Shown here in pieces: positions 9,396-17,591 of a stretch of DNA of 64,000 nucleotides (position 1 is its first letter; each line of letters begins with the position of its first letter). The position numbers and the translations under genes are program-made. The notes below the pieces were generated by a model. The model was given only the letters and a program-made list of their open reading frames with translations. It was not told the DNA's origin and ran no database searches. The DNA comes from Candidatus Omnitrophota bacterium (GTDB lineage: Bacteria > Omnitrophota > Gorgyraeia > Gygaellales > Profunditerraquicolaceae), in contig JALOQK010000002.1 in assembly GCA_025453395.1 (NCBI GenBank), forward strand, positions 241,102-305,101, read 5' to 3'.

Positions 9396-10180
9396 TTTCT
9401 TAAATACGCCTCAAGGTATGAATCGCAATAGATATGCTTGTTCAGGATTAATTCAGTGGTAATGCTTGTGTCCATGAGCTGTTTGTCTTTTGGGTCTAAT
9501 ATTGCCGCGTCTAATCCGTAATTGATGGCCATGGTAAGGAAGGTGCGGTTTATCAGGCTTCTAAAATGTGCCCCCTGGGATACGTTGCTTAATCCGATTA
9601 TAGTTTTAGGCGAAGGCTCTGTAAGCATCTTAAACTCTTTTATAGATTCAAGTATTTCCTTCATCTGCTGTTGGGCGACATTTACCGGAAGCAGAATTGG
9701 GTCAATAAAAAGATCTTCAATGGGGAATCCCTGTTCTTGGCATGTGGATACGATAATAGCCGCTAATTCAAGGCGCTGGTCTTTATTTTGCGGTATGCCT
9801 TTTTGGCTTATGGTCAACCCGATTAATTTGGCGTTATGCTTTTTAGCCAAAGGGATAAACTTGTTAAGTTTTTCTGGATCAGAGGTAGTGGAATTAATAA
9901 TAGCCGGATTTTTCATCCGGGATAACCCGGCTTCAATTACTTCAAATCTGCTTGAATCAACAGCCAGCGGCTTATCAGTGACCTGTTGTATGGCGTCTAT
10001 AAGCCACTGGATATCTTCTTTGGGGTTTTTGGCGGTTGGGCCGCAATTTACGTCAAGCGCATCAGCGCCAGCTTGTATCTGCTCCAGGGCAATCCGTTGT
10101 ATCAGATCAATTTTTCTCTCGCGGATAGCAGCGGCTACATTTGAGTACATCCCGTTTATTAATTCTCCCACTATGAACAT
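9392..10180 (-). CDS. acsE: Methyltetrahydrofolate:corrinoid/iron-sulfur protein methyltransferase (AcsE-type pterin-binding MeTr)
   Basis: About 260-aa pterin-binding TIM barrel. The operon context (acsC and acsD) supports the call. Confidence 0.75.
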   Translation of the reverse strand: MFIVGELINGMYSNVAAAIRERKIDLIQRIALEQIQAGADALDVNCGPTAKNPKEDIQWLIDAIQQVTDKPLAVDSSRFEVIEAGLSRMKNPAIINSTTSDPEKLNKFIPLAKKHNAKLIGLTISQKGIPQNKDQRLELAAIIVSTCQEQGFPIEDLFIDPILLPVNVAQQQMKEILESIKEFKMLTEPSPKTIIGLSNVSQGAHFRSLINRTFLTMAINYGLDAAILDPKDKQLMDTSITTELILNKHIYCDSYLEAYLRK

Positions 10181-11085
10181 TAGTTTCCTCCATACATTGC
10201 GTCAATGTAGCTTTTGACTTTTGCGATAGATTCCGGATGGCGCATTACAAGGATATTCGCCCCTGCCTGAAGCAATGAGGTGGCGGTAATTACTTCCCAG
10301 GCAACGCCTTGATCTTTTATTTTGGCCTCTTTAGTTTTCCATGTCTCTTGCCCTACAAAACAAATAAACGGGCTTGCCACTGTTTTGTCTCCGGATAGGC
10401 CTGCAAGCCTGGCGCGCTCCATAATTGAATAGGCATACTCTAAGCCGTATCCTAAAGATCCGGTAGTAGGATTGATAACTATTCTGTCCAAACTTAACCC
10501 CATATCCGAAATAAGAATATTGAGCTGTTTGGCTATATTTATGTCAATGGGAGATTCCGCGATAATATTGTGGCCATCGGCTAATGCCGCAGCGGTTAAA
10601 GTTTTGTAGTTATCTTGAGTAACGCAACCCAAAAGGCAGCGCTTGGATTTTGTTTTTTCCGAACACAGGGGCAGCATTTGGTTATCCACAGCGTCGTCTC
10701 CGCAGCCCAGGATAATAAGCGGCAGATTAGTTTCTTTTATTATATCACAAGCAAGCTTCGCCTCTTGCTCTATTTTTATATTTCCCTGGTCCGGATGCGC
10801 GGCATAAAGCCTAAGGCAAAGAAGCTGTGCCTTATATTCTTTGGCGCATTTTTTCGCCCAGGCAATTGGATCTTTCAGGCAGTTTCCGTATATGCTTAAT
10901 AGCTCTTCAGGCCACTCTCTGGGAAACACATCCCAGATTTCATATGCCACAACCGGTTTATGCGGCAGAGAAGCCTCCTTAAATAAGAATGGCAGGGTTT
11001 TTTCTCCTCCCACGCTAATGGTATCCCCTATTCTTACTATCGCAACTTCGCCGGGCCATTTTTCAATCATTGCCTCTTGGGTCAT
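10180..11085 (-). CDS. acsD: Corrinoid iron-sulfur protein small subunit (AcsD / CdhD, CODH/ACS delta)
   Basis: About 300-aa CdhD-family TIM-barrel protein. It lies between acsE and cooC. Confidence 0.75.
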   Translation of the reverse strand: MTQEAMIEKWPGEVAIVRIGDTISVGGEKTLPFLFKEASLPHKPVVAYEIWDVFPREWPEELLSIYGNCLKDPIAWAKKCAKEYKAQLLCLRLYAAHPDQGNIKIEQEAKLACDIIKETNLPLIILGCGDDAVDNQMLPLCSEKTKSKRCLLGCVTQDNYKTLTAAALADGHNIIAESPIDINIAKQLNILISDMGLSLDRIVINPTTGSLGYGLEYAYSIMERARLAGLSGDKTVASPFICFVGQETWKTKEAKIKDQGVAWEVITATSLLQAGANILVMRHPESIAKVKSYIDAMYGGN

Positions 11086-11102
11086 AAAGATCTCCTGTTT
11101 AG

Positions 11103-11840
11103 TTAAATTATTTTGTCAGTTATTTGTTTTAAGGCTGTCAATGCTTGCGAATTGTTTTCAAGCGAGAAAACGCAACTAGCGTTAATGCCTATTTTTATTA
11201 ATTCGGCATCTTGCGGGATGTACCCTGCGATTTGCATGCCGGTAGTATTTTTAAGTATTATATTTTCATCAGCGCAGTTTAGAAGCAGCAATATCTTTTT
11301 TGTTTTTACTTTTAATTCTTTTACCAGTTCATTTACTCTCGCGGCAGCTTTCATGCTGACCGCATTTGGGTTTGCCAGAATAATCAAACTATCAGCATGG
11401 CGCGTGGTGCGCCGGGAAAAATGTTCCAGGCCTGCTTCGTTATCCATAATGACATAGTCATATTCAGCAACTAATTTGCCCATCATATTGCGCAAGAGAT
11501 TGTTCACGTAGCAGTAGCATCCCGGGCCTTCGGGCCTGCCCATAGTTAAAAGATCAAAACCCTCTTCTTCAGAAATAGCCGTGTGGATTTGGTATTCAAT
11601 GAAATTCTCTTTGCTGGTTCCGGCGGGGATCTTTTCCGGATGAGAAGATATCTCTTCTAATAGCGAGCCAATAGTTTTCCCCTCTTCAATCCCAAGCGCC
11701 TGTCCCAAATTGCTATTAGGATCAGCATCTATCGCTAAGATAGACCCGGATTTTCTTTCTTTTAATATCCTGACCAAAAGCGCAGCGATGGTGGTTTTTC
11801 CTGTGCCGCCTTTTCCTGATAACGCGATTATGTAACCCAT
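11103..11840 (-). CDS. cooC: CooC/AcsF-type Ni-insertion ATPase (MinD/ParA family)
   Basis: Deviant Walker A GKGGTGKTT and the CooC-characteristic CxC metal motif (EGPGCYCYVN). Confidence 0.8.
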   Translation of the reverse strand: MGYIIALSGKGGTGKTTIAALLVRILKERKSGSILAIDADPNSNLGQALGIEEGKTIGSLLEEISSHPEKIPAGTSKENFIEYQIHTAISEEEGFDLLTMGRPEGPGCYCYVNNLLRNMMGKLVAEYDYVIMDNEAGLEHFSRRTTRHADSLIILANPNAVSMKAAARVNELVKELKVKTKKILLLLNCADENIILKNTTGMQIAGYIPQDAELIKIGINASCVFSLENNSQALTALKQITDKII

Positions 11841-12131
11841 AAAATTAAAAATTTAAAATGAAAAATGTAAAATCAAAAGATAAAACCAAGAATATAATAT
11901 AGTGTTAAGAAATAAAAGCTTAGAATTCAAACAAGTGTGCGTTAAATAAATATTAAAAATCTATGATAAATCGTCCTGATTCTTTATTTTCTTGTTACTT
12001 CGCTATTTTTTATGATCTTTTTAATTTTTTGTATCTAGATTTTTAAATTTTAAATCTTTTCTTATCACTATCTTTAGCCGTTTCTTATACTTCTTTGTAT
12101 CTGTAGCTTTTTAATTTTGAATTGTTATTTT
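11841..12131. repeat. AT-rich intergenic repeat element, copy A. It has imperfect terminal inverted repeats and an internal direct repeat.
   Basis: The left arm aaaaatttaaaatgaaaaatgtaaaatcaaaag is approximately the reverse complement of the right arm gaattgttatttttcattttgaatttctcattttgaattttt. The internal direct repeat ttgtatctagatttttaaatttt (12027..12051) recurs as ttgtatctgtagctttttaatttt (12093..12118). Confidence 0.5.
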
Positions 12132-13979
12132 TCATTTTGAATTTCTCATTTTGAATTTTTCTAAGTCCGTATGCGGAAAGAATAATGCCGCCATATATTC
12201 TTCCATATATCCGGGTTGGTTAGACAGATCTATATATGTTGTTTTATTGGCTATTTCTAGAGATTTTGCTTTTGCCGGGATTGAAAAAATGATCTCCCTG
12301 GCTCCTCTAATGGAGCTGTTTCCGACAAACAGAAATTTGCCTTTTTCTAAATCTGGAAGCAGTCCTATTGCTATTGAGTCTTGAATGTCCAAATAAGTGC
12401 CAAAGCCTCCGGCAATAAAGAATTTGTGCACATCTTTAAAGGAAAATCCCATGTGTTTTATTAATGTTTCTGCCGCGGAATAAATCGCAGCTTTAGCGCG
12501 CTTAATATTCTCAATATCTGATTCGGTAATAATTATTTCTTCAGCTGCGTTGGATTGGCCCTGATGGCAGACAATAAAAGCTCTTCCCAGATCAGTATCT
12601 TTTATTTTTGAGGGGTTTTTAATCTGGATATTGCCTGCTTTGTCAATAATCCCTTTTTCCAGCATTTGGGCGATAAGCGAGATGTATCCAGACCCGCAAA
12701 TGCCTAAAGCCGGCACATCCCCGCCTATTATCTGAAAGCTTGTATCAAGGCTTCTGTTATCTATGGATACTTTTTGGATCGCCCCCCGAGAAGCGCGCAT
12801 GCCGCAGGATACTCCTGAGCCTTCAAAAGCCGGTCCGGCGCTGGCGGCACAAGATATCAGGAATTCTTTATTGCCAAGGACTATTTCTCCGTTTGTGCCT
12901 ATATCAATCAAGAGCGAAAGGTGTTCCTGTTGGTCTAATGAGCAAGCCAGTATTCCGCTTGTGATATCCCCTCCCACATAACTTGCTACTGCTGGTATGG
13001 GCATAAGTACGCCGCGCGGATTTATAATGATACCGGCTTCAACCGCATGTATAGACGGGAAAGAATTAGCTACGGGGGTATACGGGTCACGGCGGATAAA
13101 AGAAGGGTCGGTTTTTAAGAGGATATGCGTCATAGTGGTATTGCCGGCGCAGATTATAAAGTATACATTGTTTAAGTCTACCTGGTGCTGTTGGATCAAT
13201 TCCCGGATAATATCATTTATTTGCCCGGTAACAATACTGTGCAGTTTCTCTAACCCTTCAGAGTTCTTGGCAAAGATAATGCGGGTAATCACGTCACTGC
13301 CGAAACTGGCTTGCTTATTGTAACAGGCAGAAGCCCCCAATGACTTTCGGTTGTTTAGATCTACAAGCTCGCCGGTTATGGTAGTGGTTCCGATATCAAA
13401 ACAGAAACCGTAATTTTTGCTTGTTGTGTCACCCGGCTCTATGTGAATAACTTCAAATATTGTTTCCCTGTAAGCAAGGGTAATTGTAATTTGCCAGTTT
13501 GAATCTCTCAGAATTTCTGCGATTTGCCTTAAAGTAGTTATGCCTATAGTTATGCTTCCAAGGTTATATTTGTCTATTTCCCGCGTTATCCTTTCCCAAT
13601 CGCTTAAAGGGTCATTTGGCTTGGGCGCAGGCAATTTCAAAAATATTTTCTTAACCAGCGGTAATTGTTCAAAGCCGGTATTGCCCAAGGATATTTTAGA
13701 CAGTTCTATTTCCTGGGCATCGGTTTTTTCAAAGATCAATCTTGATTGTTCCGGTATTTCTACCTGCATATCTTCTTTTACTATGGTTAAGCAGGCAAGT
13801 TTAGATACGGAAATTCCTTTATCCTTGATGATCACTTTGCATTGCCCGCAGGTGCCTTCGCCTGCGCAGGCGGATTTAATATAGTTTGCGCAGGATATTG
13901 CCGCGGAAAGCACAGTTGTCCCCTTGGGGACTTCTACTGTTTTTCCTTCAGGGTAAAAAGTTACTTTACATTTATCCAT
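12132..13979 (-). CDS. Reductive activator of corrinoid iron-sulfur protein (RACo): [2Fe-2S] ferredoxin plus ASKHA ATPase
   Basis: N-terminal plant-type ferredoxin Cys pattern (CAGEGTCGQC...C) followed by an actin/HSP70-fold ATPase region. 615 aa, typical of RACo. Confidence 0.8.
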   Translation of the reverse strand: MDKCKVTFYPEGKTVEVPKGTTVLSAAISCANYIKSACAGEGTCGQCKVIIKDKGISVSKLACLTIVKEDMQVEIPEQSRLIFEKTDAQEIELSKISLGNTGFEQLPLVKKIFLKLPAPKPNDPLSDWERITREIDKYNLGSITIGITTLRQIAEILRDSNWQITITLAYRETIFEVIHIEPGDTTSKNYGFCFDIGTTTITGELVDLNNRKSLGASACYNKQASFGSDVITRIIFAKNSEGLEKLHSIVTGQINDIIRELIQQHQVDLNNVYFIICAGNTTMTHILLKTDPSFIRRDPYTPVANSFPSIHAVEAGIIINPRGVLMPIPAVASYVGGDITSGILACSLDQQEHLSLLIDIGTNGEIVLGNKEFLISCAASAGPAFEGSGVSCGMRASRGAIQKVSIDNRSLDTSFQIIGGDVPALGICGSGYISLIAQMLEKGIIDKAGNIQIKNPSKIKDTDLGRAFIVCHQGQSNAAEEIIITESDIENIKRAKAAIYSAAETLIKHMGFSFKDVHKFFIAGGFGTYLDIQDSIAIGLLPDLEKGKFLFVGNSSIRGAREIIFSIPAKAKSLEIANKTTYIDLSNQPGYMEEYMAALFFPHTDLEKFKMRNSK

Positions 13980-13982
13980 GTA

Positions 13983-15326
13983 TTATCCAGCAGAGTAGTT
14001 CTTTAAGAAAGCTGGCAGACCCGATGCTTCTTTTGGGCCCACGGTTATTTTCCAACCGGATTTTTCTTCCAGCTCTCCGCTTAAAACTGCGACATAACCG
14101 GGTATGATCAGGTTTTTATGCGATACAGCTTTATCGGCATTAAGCTTAATAAGGGCGTTAGCTATTTTCTCCGGGGTAAATTTCTCCGCCGCCCAGGCAG
14201 TTAAGACCGACATGCCTTCCGTATCCATGCTTATTATGTGCGAGGGGATTTTGCTGGCTTCTACCTCTCCCAGGACCGTGTAATAACTAAGCGAGAAATT
14301 TGTGGTGATCATGATCGGAGATTTGACAGTGGCATTTCCTATGGTGTAGATTTTTGGTTCAATCTGAAGAGGCTTTTGCGGATCGGTATAAATATTTTGC
14401 CTTAAGGTTAAAAGCGACAGGGCCTCCCACGCAAGCGCATGTTTCAATAAAACAATACCGGAATATTTACAGATGTAGGTTGCCGCTTCCATGATTTCAT
14501 CAAGGGGATCGGCCTTGTTGATAGTTACTATTGCGGGATATCCTAATAAGCGGTTTGATTTTTTAAGCGCCTGGCGGCGGATTTGGGTTAAGTCCCAGAG
14601 TTTTTCCCGGGTATTCTTATCTCCAGAATCAATAATCAGATCGTTAAGCCCTGCCTTGGCCAGGCTTTCAGTTTTAGCTGCCGCCTCTTCTATTGTTCCG
14701 GCCTTAACTACCATAGCAAGCTTGTTTTCTTTGGCTAAGGCAGCTGCTTCTTGGCTAATATTTTCATCCGGATAAATAAGCGGCTTTTGATCTTTGCTTA
14801 TTTTTATAGCCTGTTCCAAAGAAGCTATGTCGCTTACCATTAAAACTATGGCCAATTTTGTATTTTTTAAAGCCGTCTGCACTAATTTGATGAAATTTTG
14901 CAGGCAGCCGGTTTGCTTTAGGGCGATTAAATTAACTTCTAATTTTTGCCCTACGCGCTCAAATACAAAACTATTTATTTTATTGATCTGATGCAATATC
15001 TCTGTTTCTTTTAAAGTGTCTTCTAATATTATGCCGATTCCGCAAGGATTGTGGAACTTTTCTTCATGCCGGAACAAGACGCTTTCATTGCCAATATCAA
15101 GTTTATTTTCGCCTGTCCCGATGGATACTAATTTTATTGGAGGCTGGGAAGATTCTTCAAGTATTTTCTTTGATTCATTGGATAAAAACGGGCACTTATC
15201 GATGCTTATCCCCTTTTTTGCTAATTGCATGGCAAAGGCAAGGCAGGTTGCGATGCCGCATTGCCGGCAATTTGTTTTAGGCAATAACTTATAGATGTCT
15301 AATCCCGAAAGCGCCATAATTAACAA
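13983..15326 (-). CDS. acsC: Corrinoid iron-sulfur protein large subunit (AcsC / CdhE, CODH/ACS gamma)
   Basis: N-terminal [4Fe-4S] motif CRQCGIATC...C, a TIM barrel, and a C-terminal B12-binding Rossmann domain. 447 aa. Confidence 0.8.
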   Translation of the reverse strand: MLIMALSGLDIYKLLPKTNCRQCGIATCLAFAMQLAKKGISIDKCPFLSNESKKILEESSQPPIKLVSIGTGENKLDIGNESVLFRHEEKFHNPCGIGIILEDTLKETEILHQINKINSFVFERVGQKLEVNLIALKQTGCLQNFIKLVQTALKNTKLAIVLMVSDIASLEQAIKISKDQKPLIYPDENISQEAAALAKENKLAMVVKAGTIEEAAAKTESLAKAGLNDLIIDSGDKNTREKLWDLTQIRRQALKKSNRLLGYPAIVTINKADPLDEIMEAATYICKYSGIVLLKHALAWEALSLLTLRQNIYTDPQKPLQIEPKIYTIGNATVKSPIMITTNFSLSYYTVLGEVEASKIPSHIISMDTEGMSVLTAWAAEKFTPEKIANALIKLNADKAVSHKNLIIPGYVAVLSGELEEKSGWKITVGPKEASGLPAFLKNYSAG

Positions 15327-15516
15327 CTCCTTTTAAAAATGAACTTTGTTAAAGATTAAACGTGAAAAATGCAAAATTAAAATTCAAAACTAAAAATTAA
15401 ATCCAAAAAATAAGTAAGATATTATTCACTGCGTGTATTTTATTATATTTGTGGTCTTTTTTGCTTTTAATTTTAAATTATAATTTTACGCTTTTAGTTT
15501 TTAATTTTTAGTTTCC
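15327..15516. repeat. AT-rich intergenic repeat element, copy B
   Basis: Shares the gaaaaatgcaaaattaaaa and gcttttaattttaaatt motifs with copies A and C. Internal inverted symmetry (aaaactaaaaattaaa versus tttaatttttagttt). Confidence 0.45.
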
Positions 15517-16188
15517 TTATTTGTTTATCAAGTTAGCGAAATATCCCGCGCCAAAACCGTTATCAATATTTACTACCGTTATCCCAGCGGAACAGGCGTT
15601 TAACATGGTAAGCAGCGCCGATAGCCCTTGGAAACTGGCTCCGTATCCGCAGCTTGTGGGAACAGCAATAACCGGAGATTTTACTAAGCCGCTGACCAAG
15701 CTTGCTAACGCCCCCTCCATGCCCGCCACAACAATAATAACATTTGCCTGCTTGATTATATCAATATTAGAAAAAAGACGGTGTACTCCAGCTACCCCAA
15801 CATCGTAAAGCCTTTTTACTTTACTGCCGCCTATTTCCGCGACGATGGCGGCTTCTTCAGCTATCGGGATATCTGAAGTGCCGGCGCATACAACGGCAAT
15901 AATTTTGTGTTTTTTGACAGGTTTATTAAAAGTTATGAAAGCAAGCCTTGCTTCGCCGCTGTATTTTAAAGAAGGGTAGAATTTTTTAAGGTAAGAAAAT
16001 TTATCCCTGTCAAGGCGGGTTAAGATGACATCTTCCTTATTCTTTAAAAGGGCCGCGGTAATTTCTTTAAGCTGTTTTTTATTCTTGCCCGGTGAATATA
16101 CCGCCTCAGGATAACCCCTTCTTTGCCTTCTATTTGTATCCAGTTTTGCAAAGCCTAAATCGCAAAAGCCGGAATTTTCACAATTCAT
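15517..16188 (-). CDS. LarB-like PurE-family protein (nickel-pincer nucleotide cofactor biosynthesis carboxylase/hydrolase homologue)
   Basis: LarB N-terminal motif DTNRRQRRGYPEAVYSPGK and a PurE-like core (VVAGMEGALASLVSGL...PTSCGYG...NIDNGFGAGYFA). Confidence 0.65.
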   Translation of the reverse strand: MNCENSGFCDLGFAKLDTNRRQRRGYPEAVYSPGKNKKQLKEITAALLKNKEDVILTRLDRDKFSYLKKFYPSLKYSGEARLAFITFNKPVKKHKIIAVVCAGTSDIPIAEEAAIVAEIGGSKVKRLYDVGVAGVHRLFSNIDIIKQANVIIVVAGMEGALASLVSGLVKSPVIAVPTSCGYGASFQGLSALLTMLNACSAGITVVNIDNGFGAGYFANLINK

Positions 16189-16192
16189 TTAG

Positions 16193-16525
16193 TTAATATC
16201 CTCGCAAAATCACTAAGATAATCAATACGATCAGGATAGTGCTTAATATGTAAAAATCGTTGAAATACAAAAAGTCGCTTATTCTTTCTTTTAAGCAGTA
16301 TCCGCTGTAAGAAGGTTGTTTATTAAGCAGGTTTTTGTTTTTTTGGCGGTATTCTTCTACCTGATGGCGCTTAAACCTAAGGTATACCCCTGCTATTTTA
16401 TAGGCAGGGATTTCGCCTTTTTCCGCCAGCTCAATAACTTCTTTTTCTGTTACTCCCAGCGCAATAGAAACATCTCTTATGGTAATAAGTTTTTCGTCAG
16501 CCATTTTTATATAGATATTGTACAT
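16193..16525 (-). CDS. Excisionase-family HTH DNA-binding protein with a C-terminal TM helix
   Basis: The HTH ITIRDVSIALGVTEKEVIELAEKGEIPAYKIAGVYLRF matches the excisionase/MerR-type helix-turn-helix. The C-terminus ILSTILIVLIILVIL is hydrophobic. Confidence 0.55.
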   Translation of the reverse strand: MYNIYIKMADEKLITIRDVSIALGVTEKEVIELAEKGEIPAYKIAGVYLRFKRHQVEEYRQKNKNLLNKQPSYSGYCLKERISDFLYFNDFYILSTILIVLIILVILRGY

Positions 16526-16615
16526 TAGCCGATTGAAAAACCCGGCTAATCATCAACTTTAACAAGCCCAGACCAAGATTCGGGGTAGTCGCGGTTGATT
16601 TTGTTAAAAGAAAGG

Positions 16616-17119
16616 TTACTTTCCGATTTTTCCTGATGCTATCCAGGAGTCAATAGCTTTCCTGTCGAATCTCCAGCCTTCTCCTTCTTTGATTGCGGGT
16701 ACTTTTCCGGAATTGGCCCATTCTAATATGGAATTTAAATCAACTTCAAGGTACCGCGAAAGCTCATCTGTATTCAGAAAATCGTGCAGCATCATGCATT
16801 TGCCTTCTAGTATCGCGCCTTCGGCCACATTTAATTTTGCCGGGTAGATATCGCCTTCTACAAGCGCTGATGGCAGAAGGGTTAATCTTTCCCTGGCGGT
16901 AATATGCCCCTTGACTTTCCCCCCAACAATAACGTTATCCCCGATTATATCCGCGCAGACAACCGCAGTTTGGCCTATGGTTAAATTTCCTTTTATTTCC
17001 AGGTTGCCTTCAAACCTGCCATTGATGCGTAAATTTACCGGTTCCTTAAAGCTTAATGACCCTTGCATTGCTGCGTCCACATCAAGGATTTTTTCTTCTT
17101 GTTTCTTTTTAAAGGCCAT
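16616..17119 (-). CDS. Bactofilin-domain protein fused to a C-terminal excisionase-type HTH
   Basis: Residues ~25-115 show a bactofilin beta-helix repeat pattern (NLEIKGNLTIGQTAVVCADIIGDNVIVGGKVKGHITA...VEGDIYPAKLNVAEGAILEG). The C-terminal ELSRYLEVDLNSILEWANSGKVPAIKEGEGWRFDRKAIDSWI is paralogous to the HTH of the upstream gene. Confidence 0.65.
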   Translation of the reverse strand: MAFKKKQEEKILDVDAAMQGSLSFKEPVNLRINGRFEGNLEIKGNLTIGQTAVVCADIIGDNVIVGGKVKGHITARERLTLLPSALVEGDIYPAKLNVAEGAILEGKCMMLHDFLNTDELSRYLEVDLNSILEWANSGKVPAIKEGEGWRFDRKAIDSWIASGKIGK

Positions 17120-17130
17120 AACCTTACCTC

Positions 17131-17589
17131 CTATTTTTTATGTTCATGCGGCTGTTGCAGTTTTTCAAAAACAAGCGGTTCCGCGCGCCTTAAAACAAGA
17201 AGGACTATTAATGCCAAACAGGTTGCGAAAATAGCCCCGGTGTAAAAACCGCATCCTATTGATAATCCGATGCCAGAGACCACCCAAAGGCTGGCTGCGG
17301 TAGTTAAGCCTTTTATTTCAGTGCGGTCGCGCATAATCGTTCCTGCGCCTAAAAAGCCTATGCCAGTAATAACCCCGGCAGCTAAACGCACTGGATCAAG
17401 GGGTACTATGTCCTTATATATATCAAAAATATATATAGATGTCAACATCATAAGGCAGGAGCCTAAGCAAACCATGATATGGGTGCGAAGGCCAGCGTTC
17501 CTGCGATGGAATTGCCGTTCAAACCCGATCAGTCCACTTAAGACTACTGAAGCAGAAAGTCTGAAAAAAACCTGGAAATCTGTGACCAT
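17131..17589 (-). CDS. mgtC: MgtC/SapB family membrane protein
   Basis: The motif VLSGLIGFERQ...GLRTHIMVCLGS is characteristic of MgtC. Confidence 0.7.
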   Translation of the reverse strand: MVTDFQVFFRLSASVVLSGLIGFERQFHRRNAGLRTHIMVCLGSCLMMLTSIYIFDIYKDIVPLDPVRLAAGVITGIGFLGAGTIMRDRTEIKGLTTAASLWVVSGIGLSIGCGFYTGAIFATCLALIVLLVLRRAEPLVFEKLQQPHEHKK

Positions 17590-17591
17590 GA

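Noticed and set aside
9522-10217. 231-aa plus-strand ORF antisense to acsE/acsD
   Set aside because: It lies fully inside two well-supported minus-strand genes, has a Cys/Ser-rich low-complexity composition and no domain signal. This is typical antisense ORF noise, as are the other plus-strand ORFs inside ftsH, RACo, rpoD, dnaG and others.
11841-12131. Possibility that the AT-rich repeat regions are a CRISPR array
   Set aside because: The repeats are imperfect, unevenly spaced and inverted as well as direct. There is no array of identical 25-40 bp units with unique spacers, and there are no cas genes anywhere in the window.
9392-15326. Calling the cluster a complete CODH/ACS (acetyl-CoA synthase) operon
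   Set aside because: No AcsA/CooS (Ni-Fe-S CODH, about 630 aa) or AcsB (about 700 aa) homologue is present. Only the corrinoid protein, its methyltransferase, its activator and CooC are here, so I describe it as a CFeSP module only.
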